The notes under the pieces are model-generated. The model saw only the letters and a program-made list of their open reading frames with translations, was not told the origin of the DNA and made no database searches. Made by a program: the position numbers and the translations under genes. A stretch of 64,000 bases of DNA from Gammaproteobacteria bacterium (GTDB taxonomy: Bacteria > Pseudomonadota > Gammaproteobacteria > HyVt-429): the NCBI GenBank assembly GCA_013152415.1, contig JAADGI010000019.1, positions 65,592-129,591 on the forward strand. Direction: 5' to 3'. Below, piece by piece: positions 19,182-29,768 of this stretch; the first letter of the stretch is position 1, and each line of letters begins with the position of its first letter.

Positions 19182-20945
19182 TTAGTACACCCGTTTTTTG
19201 GGTGGAAATGTATCCACGGTCATGGGTTTTGTTCTCACTGGCTTATAATCCAGTTGGTGGTCTGTCTTGCTATAAAGAGAATGTCGCATCCATTCGGCAT
19301 CATTACGATCGGGATAGTCCAGACGCGAGTGGGCACCACGACTCTCGGTACGGGCGGCAGCGGACACCACCGTAGCGGTGGCCACGTCAACAAGATTCTC
19401 CAACTCCAACGCCTCCATGAAGGCGGTATTGAAGACCTTGGAATGATCGGACAAACGTACCTCATCCAGGCGTTCGCCCAAGGCAAGCACCTTGCTCACA
19501 CCCTCATCCAACACTTCCTGGGAACGAAATACACCACAATACTCTTCCATGATGCGCTGAAGTTCGGCAAGCATGGCAGAAACCGATTCGCCATCGCCAG
19601 GCCGCCGCCACTTGGACAATCGGGCCAAGGCCATATCAATGCTTTCACTGGCAAGTGGCCGGTGATAGCGATTCTCCTTAAGAAAGGCAATAATGTGATT
19701 ACCGGCGGCACGACCAAAGACAACGATATCCAACAAAGAATTGCCGCCCAGTCGATTGGCGCCATGCACCGAGACGCAGGCACACTCGCCTGCGGCATAC
19801 AGACCCACCACCTCTTCTTCGGCACCGTGGCCAACGGGCGCGACCACCTGACCGTATCGGTTAGTGGGAATACCACCCATGGTGTAATGGGCAGTGGGGT
19901 AAACCGGGATCGGAGATTCGATAGGATCGACGCCACCAAAACGTATGGCCATCTCACGTATAGCAGGCAATCGCTTTTTTATAACATCCGCTCCAAGGTG
20001 ATCGACCTTAAGCAGCACATGATCCTTATTTTCACCACAACCTCGACCCTCTCTGACTTCAATGGCAATGGCGCGGCTGACCACATCCCGGCTGGCCAGA
20101 TCTTTGACATGGGGGGCATAGCGCTCCATGAAGCGTTCCCCATCCCCATTGACCAAATAGCCTCCTTCACCCCGCACCCCCTCACTGATCAGCATACCCT
20201 TGCCGGCGATACCAGTGGGATGAAATTGCACAAATTCCATGTCCTCCAGGGGGAGGCCGGCACGCAAGGCCATGGCCATGCCGTCACCGGTATTGATCAT
20301 GGCATTGGTGGAGGTGCGAAACATGCGACCGGCACCCCCCGTCGCCAATAGTGTGGTCTTGGCTTCAATCACCATCACTTCGCCAGTTTCAATTTCAATC
20401 ACCACCGCACCCAGGGCCACACCCTCCTCATCACGAACCAGGTCGACAGCAAAATATTCATCAAAAAAATGGGTCTTGGCTCGAATATTCTGCTGATACA
20501 GGGCATGGAGGATGGCGTGTCCAGTACGATCGGCAGCGGCACAGGTTCGTGAGGCCTGATCACCTCCAAAATTCTGACTCTGTCCCCCGAAGGGCCGTTG
20601 GTAGATATGACCGTCTTCCAAACGGGTAAAGGGTACACCGTAGTGCTCGAGTTCGATGACCTGACGTGAGGCGGCACGACACATGTACTCAATGGCGTCC
20701 TGATCCCCCAGATAGTCGCTGCCTTTAACGGTGTCATACATATGCCAGTGCCAGTTATCCGGCGTGACATTTCCCAAGGCCGCATTCATGCCTCCCTGTG
20801 CGGCCACGGTATGAGAACGTGTGGGAAATACCTTGGTCACCACCGCAACATGCAGGTCCGCCTGTGCCAACTGGAGTGCGGCCCGCAGACCACCCCCCCC
20901 TGCACCAATAACCAAACAATCGAAACGTCGATGCGGCAACTTCAT
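19182..20945 (-). CDS. sdhA: Succinate dehydrogenase flavoprotein subunit
   Basis: The motifs VIGAGGGGLRAAL, the RSHTVAAQGG FAD-attachment site and HGANRLGGNSL are present. Confidence 0.95.
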   Translation of the reverse strand: MKLPHRRFDCLVIGAGGGGLRAALQLAQADLHVAVVTKVFPTRSHTVAAQGGMNAALGNVTPDNWHWHMYDTVKGSDYLGDQDAIEYMCRAASRQVIELEHYGVPFTRLEDGHIYQRPFGGQSQNFGGDQASRTCAAADRTGHAILHALYQQNIRAKTHFFDEYFAVDLVRDEEGVALGAVVIEIETGEVMVIEAKTTLLATGGAGRMFRTSTNAMINTGDGMAMALRAGLPLEDMEFVQFHPTGIAGKGMLISEGVRGEGGYLVNGDGERFMERYAPHVKDLASRDVVSRAIAIEVREGRGCGENKDHVLLKVDHLGADVIKKRLPAIREMAIRFGGVDPIESPIPVYPTAHYTMGGIPTNRYGQVVAPVGHGAEEEVVGLYAAGECACVSVHGANRLGGNSLLDIVVFGRAAGNHIIAFLKENRYHRPLASESIDMALARLSKWRRPGDGESVSAMLAELQRIMEEYCGVFRSQEVLDEGVSKVLALGERLDEVRLSDHSKVFNTAFMEALELENLVDVATATVVSAAARTESRGAHSRLDYPDRNDAEWMRHSLYSKTDHQLDYKPVRTKPMTVDTFPPKKRVY

Positions 20946-20946
20946 T

Positions 20947-21300
20947 TCATCCCCTCAAAAGAAATATATCCATCGTCCACAACGTCAATGCGGCGAATAT
21001 AAAGATCAGTGCTGATAAAATAACAAACCGCAACCAAAAGGGTTTGATGTAGTCCATAATGACACTACGCAGTCCAATCCAGGCGTGAATGATAATGCTG
21101 AGCCAAAAAAGGGTAAACGCGATACTCACGCCTGTCCCGGTGACCCATGCGACCCACGCCGCATAGTCTTGTATGGGCTGCAGATAGAGTTTGACGCCAA
21201 CAAAGAGGGCAAAACCACCGATGTAAAGTGACGTCAACCGTTGTAGCAGCCATTCTCCCAGACCCCGGCGCAGGCTACTTCGGTACTCTGGCTTCACCAT
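20947..21300 (-). CDS. sdhD: Succinate dehydrogenase membrane anchor subunit
   Basis: It is a 3-TM protein. The start MVKPE overlaps the sdhC stop (ATGGTGA). Confidence 0.85.
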   Translation of the reverse strand: MVKPEYRSSLRRGLGEWLLQRLTSLYIGGFALFVGVKLYLQPIQDYAAWVAWVTGTGVSIAFTLFWLSIIIHAWIGLRSVIMDYIKPFWLRFVILSALIFIFAALTLWTMDIFLLRG

Positions 21301-21677
21301 AGCAGACCGCCCCCCACCCCTAGCACACAAAGGCCGACGACAATAAAAACCAGCCAGGCACTGCGCCTGGCTGTATCACGGCTCTCGCCTATATTTAAAT
21401 CCAGCAACAGGTGGCGTAGACCAGATAGGAGATGCTGGATCAAAATTGCGAACAGAACAAACACCACAAATTGCCCCAACGGGGACCCGATTGGGTCCAT
21501 CACAGTCTGATAGCCCTGCTCGCTGGACAAAGATAATTCGAATAGATACAGCGTTGCAGGTATAGCCAGACTTAACAATACACCCGTGACTCGGTGAGCA
21601 ATGGACAACACCCCGCCAACGGGCAGGCGGATTTGAAGCAGGTTCAGAAAGATAGGTCGTTTCTTATTGGTAAACAT
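21294..21677 (-). CDS. sdhC: Succinate dehydrogenase cytochrome b556 subunit
   Basis: RPIFLNLLQIRLPVGGVLSIAHRVTG is the SdhC N-terminal signature. Confidence 0.9.
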   Translation of the reverse strand: MFTNKKRPIFLNLLQIRLPVGGVLSIAHRVTGVLLSLAIPATLYLFELSLSSEQGYQTVMDPIGSPLGQFVVFVLFAILIQHLLSGLRHLLLDLNIGESRDTARRSAWLVFIVVGLCVLGVGGGLLW

Positions 21678-21763
21678 TAGCTATTGTAAGTTTAACCCCT
21701 GTAGATTGGTTTTCCACCCACTTTGCAAGTTTTTTAGACACGCGTATCATTGCCCAACCCTTT

Positions 21764-22834
21764 TTGCTGGAGCTACATACGATGAGTATGCCCGAAGCGT
21801 GGCGAAACTTCATACAGAATCAAGGCGCCAATCTCCTTGATGCGTATGTGCTCGGATTCCAAGATCCGGCCCATGAATGTGCCCTGGGTGCTACAAACGA
21901 TATTTTGATGGATCTATCCCACTACCCACTGCTGCGCGCCAAGGGGGATGAGGCCCAATCCTTCCTTCATGGCCAACTGACCAACGATCTTCAGGCCCTG
22001 GATGCCCATCACATGCAACTCCAGGCCTACTGTAGTCCCAAGGGCCGGGTAATCAGCATCATGCATGTACTGCGAGACGGTGATGACTTTTTACTGCAGA
22101 TAAGCGATGCGCTTCTAAAATCGACCCAACAGCGCCTGCAGATGTACATGCTGCGCGCCCAACTCACATTGAACCACGACTCAGATATAGTCGCAGTGGG
22201 TATCGCCGGGCCCAGCGCAAAGACCAAACTGCAGGCTGTCTTTGGGCTCCCCCCTGGGGAGGTCTACCAAGTAACACAGCACGATACAGTAAAATTGATT
22301 CGTATGCCCGGTACCGTCCCCCGCTTTCAGTTAATAGGCCCCATCGAAAAAATGACCGAGTACTGGCTGAAATTGGCAGCACACTTTACAAGCGTAGGCA
22401 GCCACCGCTGGGCCTGGCTGACAATTGCTGCAGGCCAACCCAGCCTGTACCCAGCAACCCAGGATCAGTTCATCCCACAGATGCTCAATCTTGATCTGGT
22501 GGGAGGACTAAACTTCAAAAAAGGCTGTTACCCTGGCCAGGAAATCGTTGCCCGGACCCATTACCTGGGCAAGCTGAAACAGCGCATGGTCCGAGCCAAC
22601 CTAAAGTCAGATAATTTGCCTCTACCAGGCGAGCGGCTTTTCGCAGCAAACAACAACAATCAGTCTGTAGGCCAGGTCGTGGATGCCCAAGCCTCACCCC
22701 AGGGCGGTTTTGATTTGCTTGCAGTGGTGAGGACTGCCACGCTTGCGGACGGCCCACTCCTTCTTGGCGCTGGTGATAACAATGCTGTGAGCCTTCTGGA
22801 CCTACCCTATAGCCTGGATAAACCCGCATCATGA
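21764..22834 (+). CDS. ygfZ: Folate-binding Fe-S cluster repair/tRNA-modification protein YgfZ
   Basis: The YgfZ signature KGCYPGQEIVARTHY is present. It is divergent from the sdh-sdhE locus. Confidence 0.85.
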   Translation: MLELHTMSMPEAWRNFIQNQGANLLDAYVLGFQDPAHECALGATNDILMDLSHYPLLRAKGDEAQSFLHGQLTNDLQALDAHHMQLQAYCSPKGRVISIMHVLRDGDDFLLQISDALLKSTQQRLQMYMLRAQLTLNHDSDIVAVGIAGPSAKTKLQAVFGLPPGEVYQVTQHDTVKLIRMPGTVPRFQLIGPIEKMTEYWLKLAAHFTSVGSHRWAWLTIAAGQPSLYPATQDQFIPQMLNLDLVGGLNFKKGCYPGQEIVARTHYLGKLKQRMVRANLKSDNLPLPGERLFAANNNNQSVGQVVDAQASPQGGFDLLAVVRTATLADGPLLLGAGDNNAVSLLDLPYSLDKPAS

Positions 22835-22975
22835 TCAACCCGAAACAATGGCCTCATCTGAAATGTGCAGCCGTATCGGACACGCGATCCCAAAAACCGG
22901 GAATCAATATGCCCGCTACGCGCACGGCCATGCCGCTGAAGGTGACAATCTGCACTAACCGAAGGGGGGCTTAAT

Positions 22976-23608
22976 TTGCTGAAAGTCCTAATTGTTGACG
23001 ACCACGACATAGCCAGGGCTGGAGTGAAGCTTGTCTTGTCAGAGGCTGATATGCCGTTTAAATTTGGCGAGGCCAGTACCGCCGGTGAAGCCATACAGTT
23101 ACTACATGACAAAACCTGGGATGTAGTCATACTCGATATCTCATTACCCGATCTCAATGGCATCGAACTTTTAAAGCGCATAAGGACAAACTGGAAGACA
23201 TTACCCGTACTCATCATGAGCGCCCACCCGGAGGATCAGTATGCAATACGGGCATTCCGTTCCGGTGCGGCAGGATATTTGGTAAAAACAAATGCACTGG
23301 CCAAGCTGCTCCCCGCCATCCGTAAGGTGACCAGTGGGGGACGCTATATCGATATAGGCTTGGCCGAAAAATTAATCATGTCTCTGGATGAAGTCTCTGA
23401 GGGACCTGTCCACAAACGTCTTTCAGATCGTGAGTATGAAGTGATGTGTATGATCGCCTCTGGTATGAGGCTAACCGATATCTCCAAGGAAATCTCGCTA
23501 AGCGTAAAGACAATCAGCACCTACCGTGGACGAATCCTGGCCAAGATGGAAATGAAGAATAATGCACAATTGACCCATTACGCGATTGCACAGGGTCTTG
23601 TTAAATGA
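22976..23608 (+). CDS. Response regulator, NarL/FixJ (LuxR HTH) family
   Basis: The start codon is TTG, with an AAGGGGGG ribosome-binding site. The receiver domain has DD..D54-like ILDISLPDLNG and a conserved K. The C-terminus carries the LuxR helix-turn-helix LSDREYEVMCMIASGMRLTDISKEISLSVKTISTYRGRILAKM. Confidence 0.85.
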   Translation: MLKVLIVDDHDIARAGVKLVLSEADMPFKFGEASTAGEAIQLLHDKTWDVVILDISLPDLNGIELLKRIRTNWKTLPVLIMSAHPEDQYAIRAFRSGAAGYLVKTNALAKLLPAIRKVTSGGRYIDIGLAEKLIMSLDEVSEGPVHKRLSDREYEVMCMIASGMRLTDISKEISLSVKTISTYRGRILAKMEMKNNAQLTHYAIAQGLVK

Positions 23609-23634
23609 ACGACTGCAGCTCGATATGATGACGG

Positions 23635-24177
23635 CTATGCAGCCAGATCATTGATATCCAGCACCTTGTCCAGATTCAATAACACGACAAATTCTTTATC
23701 GATCCGCCCCATCCCCGCTATATAGTCCACATGTATTTTCATGCCAAACGCCGGCACTTCCCCTATATGATCGTTAGCTATATGAAACACCTTATTTACT
23801 GCATCAACCAACACGCCTATTTCCATGGTTTCGTCATCTGCCCTTACCTCTACCAGCACGATACTTGTACGCTTTGTAATCTCACCCTTATTCAATCCAA
23901 GACGCGCCGATAGATCTATCACCGGTATAATATTACCCCGTAGGTTGATAACACCACGTATGTACTCAGGTACCAACGGCACCTTACATACATTACCGTA
24001 CTCTATAATCTCCTTGATGCACAGAATATCAATCCCTAACACCTCGCAACCAACCAGAAATGTCAGAAATTTATTGTGATGTTCTTCGTCTATTTTATGG
24101 GCCCTCACTATGTCAGCCGCTACATTTCGCGACACTAGCGCATTACCCTGATCGACACTTTGTATCATTTCACTCAT
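23635..24177 (-). CDS. cheW: Chemotaxis coupling protein CheW
   Basis: FLTFLVGCEVLGIDILCIKEII...GVINLRGNIIPVIDL is the CheW fold. Confidence 0.85.
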   Translation of the reverse strand: MSEMIQSVDQGNALVSRNVAADIVRAHKIDEEHHNKFLTFLVGCEVLGIDILCIKEIIEYGNVCKVPLVPEYIRGVINLRGNIIPVIDLSARLGLNKGEITKRTSIVLVEVRADDETMEIGVLVDAVNKVFHIANDHIGEVPAFGMKIHVDYIAGMGRIDKEFVVLLNLDKVLDINDLAA

Positions 24178-24466
24178 CGGCTATCTCCAAACCCTAATTA
24201 ACAGATCACTGTCCCGTTAACCTAAGCTTGATGCACAGTAACACTCTGATTATCAGGACGAACGATGCGTTCAATGGCATTACAGACATGAATTGAACAA
24301 CTCGGCAATCAAAGCCATCTCTTCTCCCTCAGGGAGAAGGCCAGGATGAGGGGATATACAAAAAACGAGTTATCGTTTATTACCTTCTCCCCCCAAACTA
24401 CAGGCTACTTGTTGATAAAGTGAATCTGCATGCCAACAAACCGCCCATCTGCTCTATTGTGCTGAC

Positions 24467-26332
24467 TCATACCGCTCTAGCGAAAGACTCAAAATCTTTT
24501 TCTTCACCTGTATGTGCCGATTTCAGTTCAGACACAGGGGAAACATGGTCGATATTTTCTGACACCCTACTCTCCGCGCCTTTCACATCGCCATCCAATT
24601 TAAAAAATCCGATGACCTGCTGCAAATTCAACGCATGTGCACTCAATTCTTCCGAAGTCGCCGCCAGCTCCTCCGATGCGGAGGCCGAAGTTTGCGCAAC
24701 CTGATCAAGTTGCCCCATCGCACTGTTGACCTGCGCCACACCACATGATTGCTCTTCCGATGCCGCCGTAATCTCCTGCACCAGGTCTGCTGTTTTCCTG
24801 ATTTTCGGCACCATCTCTTCCAGCAATTTACCGGCACCTTCCGCCACCTTGACACTATTGCCCGCCTGCTCGCTGATTTCCTGTGCCGATGTCTGACTGC
24901 GTTCAGCCAACTTACGCACCTCATCCGCCACTACGGCAAATCCCTTTCCATGTTCACCAGCCCGTGCCGCCTCGATAGCGGCATTTAATGCCAATAAATT
25001 GGTCTTGTAGGCAATATCCTCGATCAAGACGATTTTGCTGGCGATCTCCTTCATGGCCACAACGGTCTCGGCCACTGCCTTGCCACCGTCGGCCGCTTGT
25101 TGTGCCGCCTTGGTGGCAATACCATCCGTCGCACTGGAGTTCTCGGCATTTTGCTTGATTGAGGCACCCATCTGCTCCAGTGAGGCACTGGTTTCTTCCA
25201 CGCTTGCCGCCTGTTCGGATGAACCCTGACTTAAAGACTGTGCGGAGCTATTCACCTGCTCCGATGCACTCGCCACAGCCTCGACCGAGCCACGCACCTC
25301 CAACAACACACCCTGGATCTTTTCCAGGAAGCCGTTTAGGGACCGCGAGATATTGCCAATTTCATCACGGCCATTTGCCGGCATCCTGTAAGTCAAGTCA
25401 CCATCGCCCTTACGCAGATCATCCACCGCCACCTGTATCTTCTTCAGGGGGGCACAAATACTGCGCACCAGAAAAAGGATAAAAACACCAACGATCATCA
25501 TAATACCAGCCATAATGGCCATCGAACGTTTACTGTCAACATCAATCTGGTGCTCAATACTGGTTGACAGTTCCTTAGTCATATCTACGAGCAAAACTTC
25601 AGTCTGGTGTATGGTTTTGCGCATACCCCCAAGTAAGCCATGCTTGGAATCCAGGCCAATATGAATCTCGGCGTCAACAAGTGCATGGAAGTCTTGTTTA
25701 TAGGCATTGATATAGTCCTTGATAAGCTTTGCCTTCTCAGGCTTTAGGCCTGATCTGTCAAGGACACCGAGAAAGACCCCAATATTTTTATCAAACTTCC
25801 CGACATACTTTTCCGTGCGTCGCAGCATAAAATCCTTCTCGTTACGACGCAGCATGAGCATGGCGCTTAGCAGTTCGTAATGACCCAGTTTTTTGATCTC
25901 CCTTTCCGCCTTATGCACGGCATTCCGCAAAGAGCCATACAGGCCATCCTTCGCATGCAGCCCTATCTTTTGTTGTGTCTCAATTATATTAGCAAATCTG
26001 CTTTGGTACGCAGATAAAATTTTTCCATACTCCAATACCTTTCTGTTATCGAACCCGCTACGTTCAAGCCGCGCACCAAGCTCAACAACTTTTTTTTGGA
26101 GTGCATCATGATTTTTCTCAAACTTGTCGCGGTATTTCAGCTGTTTTCTGGCAAGAAAATCCTTCTCATTACGCCGCAACATCAACATCCCGGCTTCAAG
26201 CTTTGCTACCAGAGTTACACTTTCTTCCAGTGTCCTTACTGTGTTCGTCGTATAGCGTTGATTGGCAAACATCCCCACAAAAGACAGTGCCAGCACAAAG
26301 CCTAACAGGCCGAGTTTTTTCACAATGCTCAT
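24467..26332 (-). CDS. Methyl-accepting chemotaxis protein with a periplasmic helical bimodular (HBM) sensor
   Basis: TM1, then a duplicated [10 protein letters not shown] module (the HBM hallmark), then TM2, a HAMP domain, and the highly conserved signalling domain [34 protein letters not shown]. Confidence 0.9.
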   Translation of the reverse strand: MSIVKKLGLLGFVLALSFVGMFANQRYTTNTVRTLEESVTLVAKLEAGMLMLRRNEKDFLARKQLKYRDKFEKNHDALQKKVVELGARLERSGFDNRKVLEYGKILSAYQSRFANIIETQQKIGLHAKDGLYGSLRNAVHKAEREIKKLGHYELLSAMLMLRRNEKDFMLRRTEKYVGKFDKNIGVFLGVLDRSGLKPEKAKLIKDYINAYKQDFHALVDAEIHIGLDSKHGLLGGMRKTIHQTEVLLVDMTKELSTSIEHQIDVDSKRSMAIMAGIMMIVGVFILFLVRSICAPLKKIQVAVDDLRKGDGDLTYRMPANGRDEIGNISRSLNGFLEKIQGVLLEVRGSVEAVASASEQVNSSAQSLSQGSSEQAASVEETSASLEQMGASIKQNAENSSATDGIATKAAQQAADGGKAVAETVVAMKEIASKIVLIEDIAYKTNLLALNAAIEAARAGEHGKGFAVVADEVRKLAERSQTSAQEISEQAGNSVKVAEGAGKLLEEMVPKIRKTADLVQEITAASEEQSCGVAQVNSAMGQLDQVAQTSASASEELAATSEELSAHALNLQQVIGFFKLDGDVKGAESRVSENIDHVSPVSELKSAHTGEEKDFESFARAV

Positions 26333-26973
26333 TATTGTCCTCTCCTATATCACCATGGTACATTGCCAAATATTTCAATGTTGTGTTGCCAGGGAACGCT
26401 CATACCCAAGTGGGTTGGAATATTTTCTTTGATATCCAGCATCAGTCGCACCAAAACGTACACATCCAGTATTACCATCGCCTAAGATGGTTGATCCAAT
26501 GATATTTTCAATACCCTCTAGCAATGGATCTTTTCCCATTCGTCAAAGAGACTAGCGGCCAGCGACAGCTTTCCTATAGAAGAAAAATGCTATTTATTTT
26601 GTGATTATTAAGGGAAATATCTGTAGGTGTCTGTCCTACGTAATATAGACTAGGGACTATTGAACTAAGAAAGTAAAAACAAACACAAAAAGGTCAGCTA
26701 AAATGGGAAGGGTATCGTGTCAGAAACACCTAGGAAATACACATGGCTTCTCCTCAGCAAGGATATCAAACTGTGGCAAAAGGATGACTGTAAACCCACA
26801 TTTATCTTTAAATTCAGACTGTTACAATTAGAACCCCTGAGAAATCCAAACTATCAGGATAGCGCACAACCCACCAGGCTTGGGTGTGGCAGATTTCCAG
26901 CATAGAGCTGGTCTTATACAGGGGGAATAGTAACGGTGCATTCACATAAAAATACAGGAGAAAGATCCCGTCT

Positions 26974-28677
26974 GTGAATACTGATTATTTGCTTGATATT
27001 ATCATCCTGTTGTCTGCGGCAGTGATTGCCGTACCCTTGTTTCAATCCTTAAAGCTTGGAGCAATACCTGGCTTTTTAGTTGCCGGGGTGGTCTTAGGGC
27101 CGTCCGGGCTGGGTTATATCGAGAATTACGATGAAATTGCACGCTTTGCTGAACTGGGCGTAGTCCTGCTGTTGTTTGTTATTGGGATAGAAATCAATCC
27201 CTCCCGGCTTTGGAAGATGCGTGGGTTGGTGTTGGGGCTTGGTTCGCTCCAGGTTCTGGTCACGAGCGCTTTGATCACGATCATTGTCCATTCGTTTCTT
27301 AAGACATCTTGGGAACTTTCACTTTTGATTGGCCTAGCCTTGGCCCTGTCCTCAACAGCCTTTGTGCTTCAACTGTTAACAGAAAGAAAGGTGCTTTCCT
27401 CGGAATACGGAAGACCCTCCGTCGCCATATTGCTGTTGCAAGATCTGGCGGTCGTTCCCTTATTGGCCTTTGTTTCTCTAATGGCAGCACCAGAACTCAC
27501 AATAGCAGAAGATGTCCTGCTTGCATTGGCTAAAACTCTGATCATCCTGACCCTGATCATTATTGCTACCCGTTATATCTTAAACCCCCTGCTTAATATA
27601 CTCGCCCGCTTGGGTTCCCCTGAAATATTCACCGCATCTGCCTTGTTGCTGGTATTAGGTTCAGCGCATGCCATGGAGAGCATTGGACTCTCCATGGCCA
27701 TGGGGGCGTTTGTCGCGGGTCTTCTGATTGCCGATTCGTCTTATCGCCACCAGATTATCGCCGAAATCCAACCCTTCCGTGGTTTGTTGCTGGGCTTGTT
27801 TTTTATGTCGATGGGGATGTCGTTAAACCTTGGCCGCTTCCTGGATAATCCCCTGGCGCTTTTGAGCGTGGTGGTGGCGCTCATGGCCATCAAGTTCCTC
27901 GCCCTTTGGCCTCTGGTACGTTTGTTCGGCCTGAGGGGAAAGGTGCCCATTTCGGTAGCCTTACTCCTGGCGCAGAGCGGTGAATTTGCACTGGTATTGT
28001 TCGCCTTGGCGAAGGGCCTGAACCTTTTTGATGAAGCTTTGTTTCAGCACCTGCTTATTATTGTGCTGCTAAGCATGTTGGCAACGCCGCTGCTGGAGAA
28101 ATTGGCCAATCGGATATTTTTGTCTTCGCGGAAAAGTATTGCCATGATCCCTGATGTGGATGCAGGCAAAACAGAGCGGGGCGCCAAACCTGTTATTCTT
28201 GCCGGTTTTGGGCGGATGGGGCAAAGGATTGGCTATATCATGAGCTTGATGAAGGTGCCTTATGTTGCAATCGACAGCGATGTGTCTGTTGTTGAACGTG
28301 AACGTGGGAAAGGTAACTCGGTGTATTTTGGAGATGTCCAGCGCCAGGAAGTGCTCAGGGCTGCCGGGGTGGCTGATGCGCGTTTGGTGGTGGTCTCTAT
28401 TGATAACCTTGGGGCGACAGAACACGTGGTGTCCTCACTTCATTCCATTTTTCCAGACATTCCTGTTTTTGTGCGCGGGCATGACCTTATGAGGTGCCGT
28501 GAGCTTAAGGCCTTGGGTGCGCATCTTACGGTATCAGAAACCCTTGAAGCCAGCGCAGAACTGGCGCGTGTCGCCTTGCTCCACATAGGCGCGGAAGAAC
28601 CGGAAATAGAAGATGCCCTGGAACATTTTAGAAAAGACTATTATGGACGTATCAACCAAGACGTGCTGGAAACCTAA
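26974..28677 (+). CDS. Glutathione-regulated K+/H+ antiporter, KefB/KefC-type (CPA2) with a TrkA-N domain
   Basis: About 12 TM segments, then the Rossmann motif ILAGFGRMGQ and the KTN/RCK domain. Confidence 0.85.
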   Translation: MNTDYLLDIIILLSAAVIAVPLFQSLKLGAIPGFLVAGVVLGPSGLGYIENYDEIARFAELGVVLLLFVIGIEINPSRLWKMRGLVLGLGSLQVLVTSALITIIVHSFLKTSWELSLLIGLALALSSTAFVLQLLTERKVLSSEYGRPSVAILLLQDLAVVPLLAFVSLMAAPELTIAEDVLLALAKTLIILTLIIIATRYILNPLLNILARLGSPEIFTASALLLVLGSAHAMESIGLSMAMGAFVAGLLIADSSYRHQIIAEIQPFRGLLLGLFFMSMGMSLNLGRFLDNPLALLSVVVALMAIKFLALWPLVRLFGLRGKVPISVALLLAQSGEFALVLFALAKGLNLFDEALFQHLLIIVLLSMLATPLLEKLANRIFLSSRKSIAMIPDVDAGKTERGAKPVILAGFGRMGQRIGYIMSLMKVPYVAIDSDVSVVERERGKGNSVYFGDVQRQEVLRAAGVADARLVVVSIDNLGATEHVVSSLHSIFPDIPVFVRGHDLMRCRELKALGAHLTVSETLEASAELARVALLHIGAEEPEIEDALEHFRKDYYGRINQDVLET

Positions 28678-28885
28678 ATGGGTATTGTTGGCGCCGATTC
28701 GACAGGGCCATCGTGCCCGAAAGTCCATCGAATATCCAGGATCGTCACACAAACACAGGGCAACCCATGTCAAATTATGCAGCACAATAAAATTTCGCGA
28801 CCTTTACTGGTCTAACACTAGAGTCGCCCACTAAAATGCAAGGGTAGGTCCTGTTTTCTACCCCGCCTTGGCCCTATGGATATAT

Positions 28886-29365
28886 TCAGTGGCAGCCCCC
28901 AAACCGAACCGTCCCGACCAGTCCCGGGCACTCGATAGATGCCTGACCTTCAACAACGTAAATACTGTTAACAATGGTGTTCGTCTTACGCACATTCACG
29001 TCTATTAAGCGACAATCGGCCGAGCTAAATACCGCCAGAGGCTGTGATGCACCGGCCACCTCTACCGTAACTATTGACCCCTTGATAGCATCGCGTAACA
29101 AGCGGATACGCCTTCCCGGCTGGGACTCGCTTGACAGTTCCACACCAAAGAACCCAAGGGCCTGTCCTGATTCACAGGAAACGGGAACAAACGCAGTGTC
29201 ACCAAGGTGGCCACTCGTGCGCAAGCTACCCTCAATATCTGATGATGTCATAAAAAATATTGGCACAACCCCCAACAACACCACAATGACCAAGATCGGC
29301 ACGACCCTTCCTGTACGTTTTTTACTATCAGGGTTACTGGACCCAGACTGATCCGACTCTGCCAT
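28886..29365 (-). CDS. Hypothetical single-pass membrane protein with a Cys-containing periplasmic domain
   Basis: The internal start is MAESDQSGSSNPDSKKRTGR, followed by the TM helix VVPILVIVVLLGVVPIFFM. There is no recognisable motif. GC content is lower than the core. Confidence 0.45.
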   Translation of the reverse strand: MAESDQSGSSNPDSKKRTGRVVPILVIVVLLGVVPIFFMTSSDIEGSLRTSGHLGDTAFVPVSCESGQALGFFGVELSSESQPGRRIRLLRDAIKGSIVTVEVAGASQPLAVFSSADCRLIDVNVRKTNTIVNSIYVVEGQASIECPGLVGTVRFGGCH

Positions 29366-29702
29366 CGTGATGACCTCATTAGTATTTTGGTATTTGTCCA
29401 GATTACGGCAGAGAACAATCTTCTGCGGTGCAATCAGCAGAAACAATGCCGAATCAAAATCTATACATCAAACAGATGCCCAACAATTCCGTACACCCGA
29501 ACACGAACATGCTACCACATCCACCATCAATATGCCGTTTACGGCTGGTGTCAAACAAGAACCAAAGTGGGCGATGCAAATAAAAAAATAGGGTCTTGTC
29601 TTTTGCCTTTCCTGAATCATTGATGAGACCGGCAATACGAGGGTATCCAGAATTTGATCAAATCGTCCTGGGGTACCTCGGCGGGACACTCTAAAATAAA
29701 TA

Positions 29703-29768
29703 TTCTCGGCCAGGAGACCGCTCCTACAGTGGGCCCAATTTTTTTCGCGTCTTCGCGCCTCTTCGGCC
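29703..29768. repeat. Partial copy (F) of the intergenic inverted-repeat family
   Basis: CGCGTCTTCGCGCCTCTTCGGCC resembles the right arm of copy E. Confidence 0.3.

Noticed and set aside
19254-20351. 365-aa ORF on the + strand
   Set aside because: It lies entirely antisense within sdhA, whose sense frame has unmistakable flavoprotein motifs. The antisense ORF is Gly/His-rich low-complexity sequence typical of GC-rich antisense frames.
26717-26905. 62-aa ORF in the AT-rich MCP/kefB spacer
   Set aside because: It has no ribosome-binding site, an odd composition, and overlaps the presumptive kefB promoter. It is most likely non-coding.
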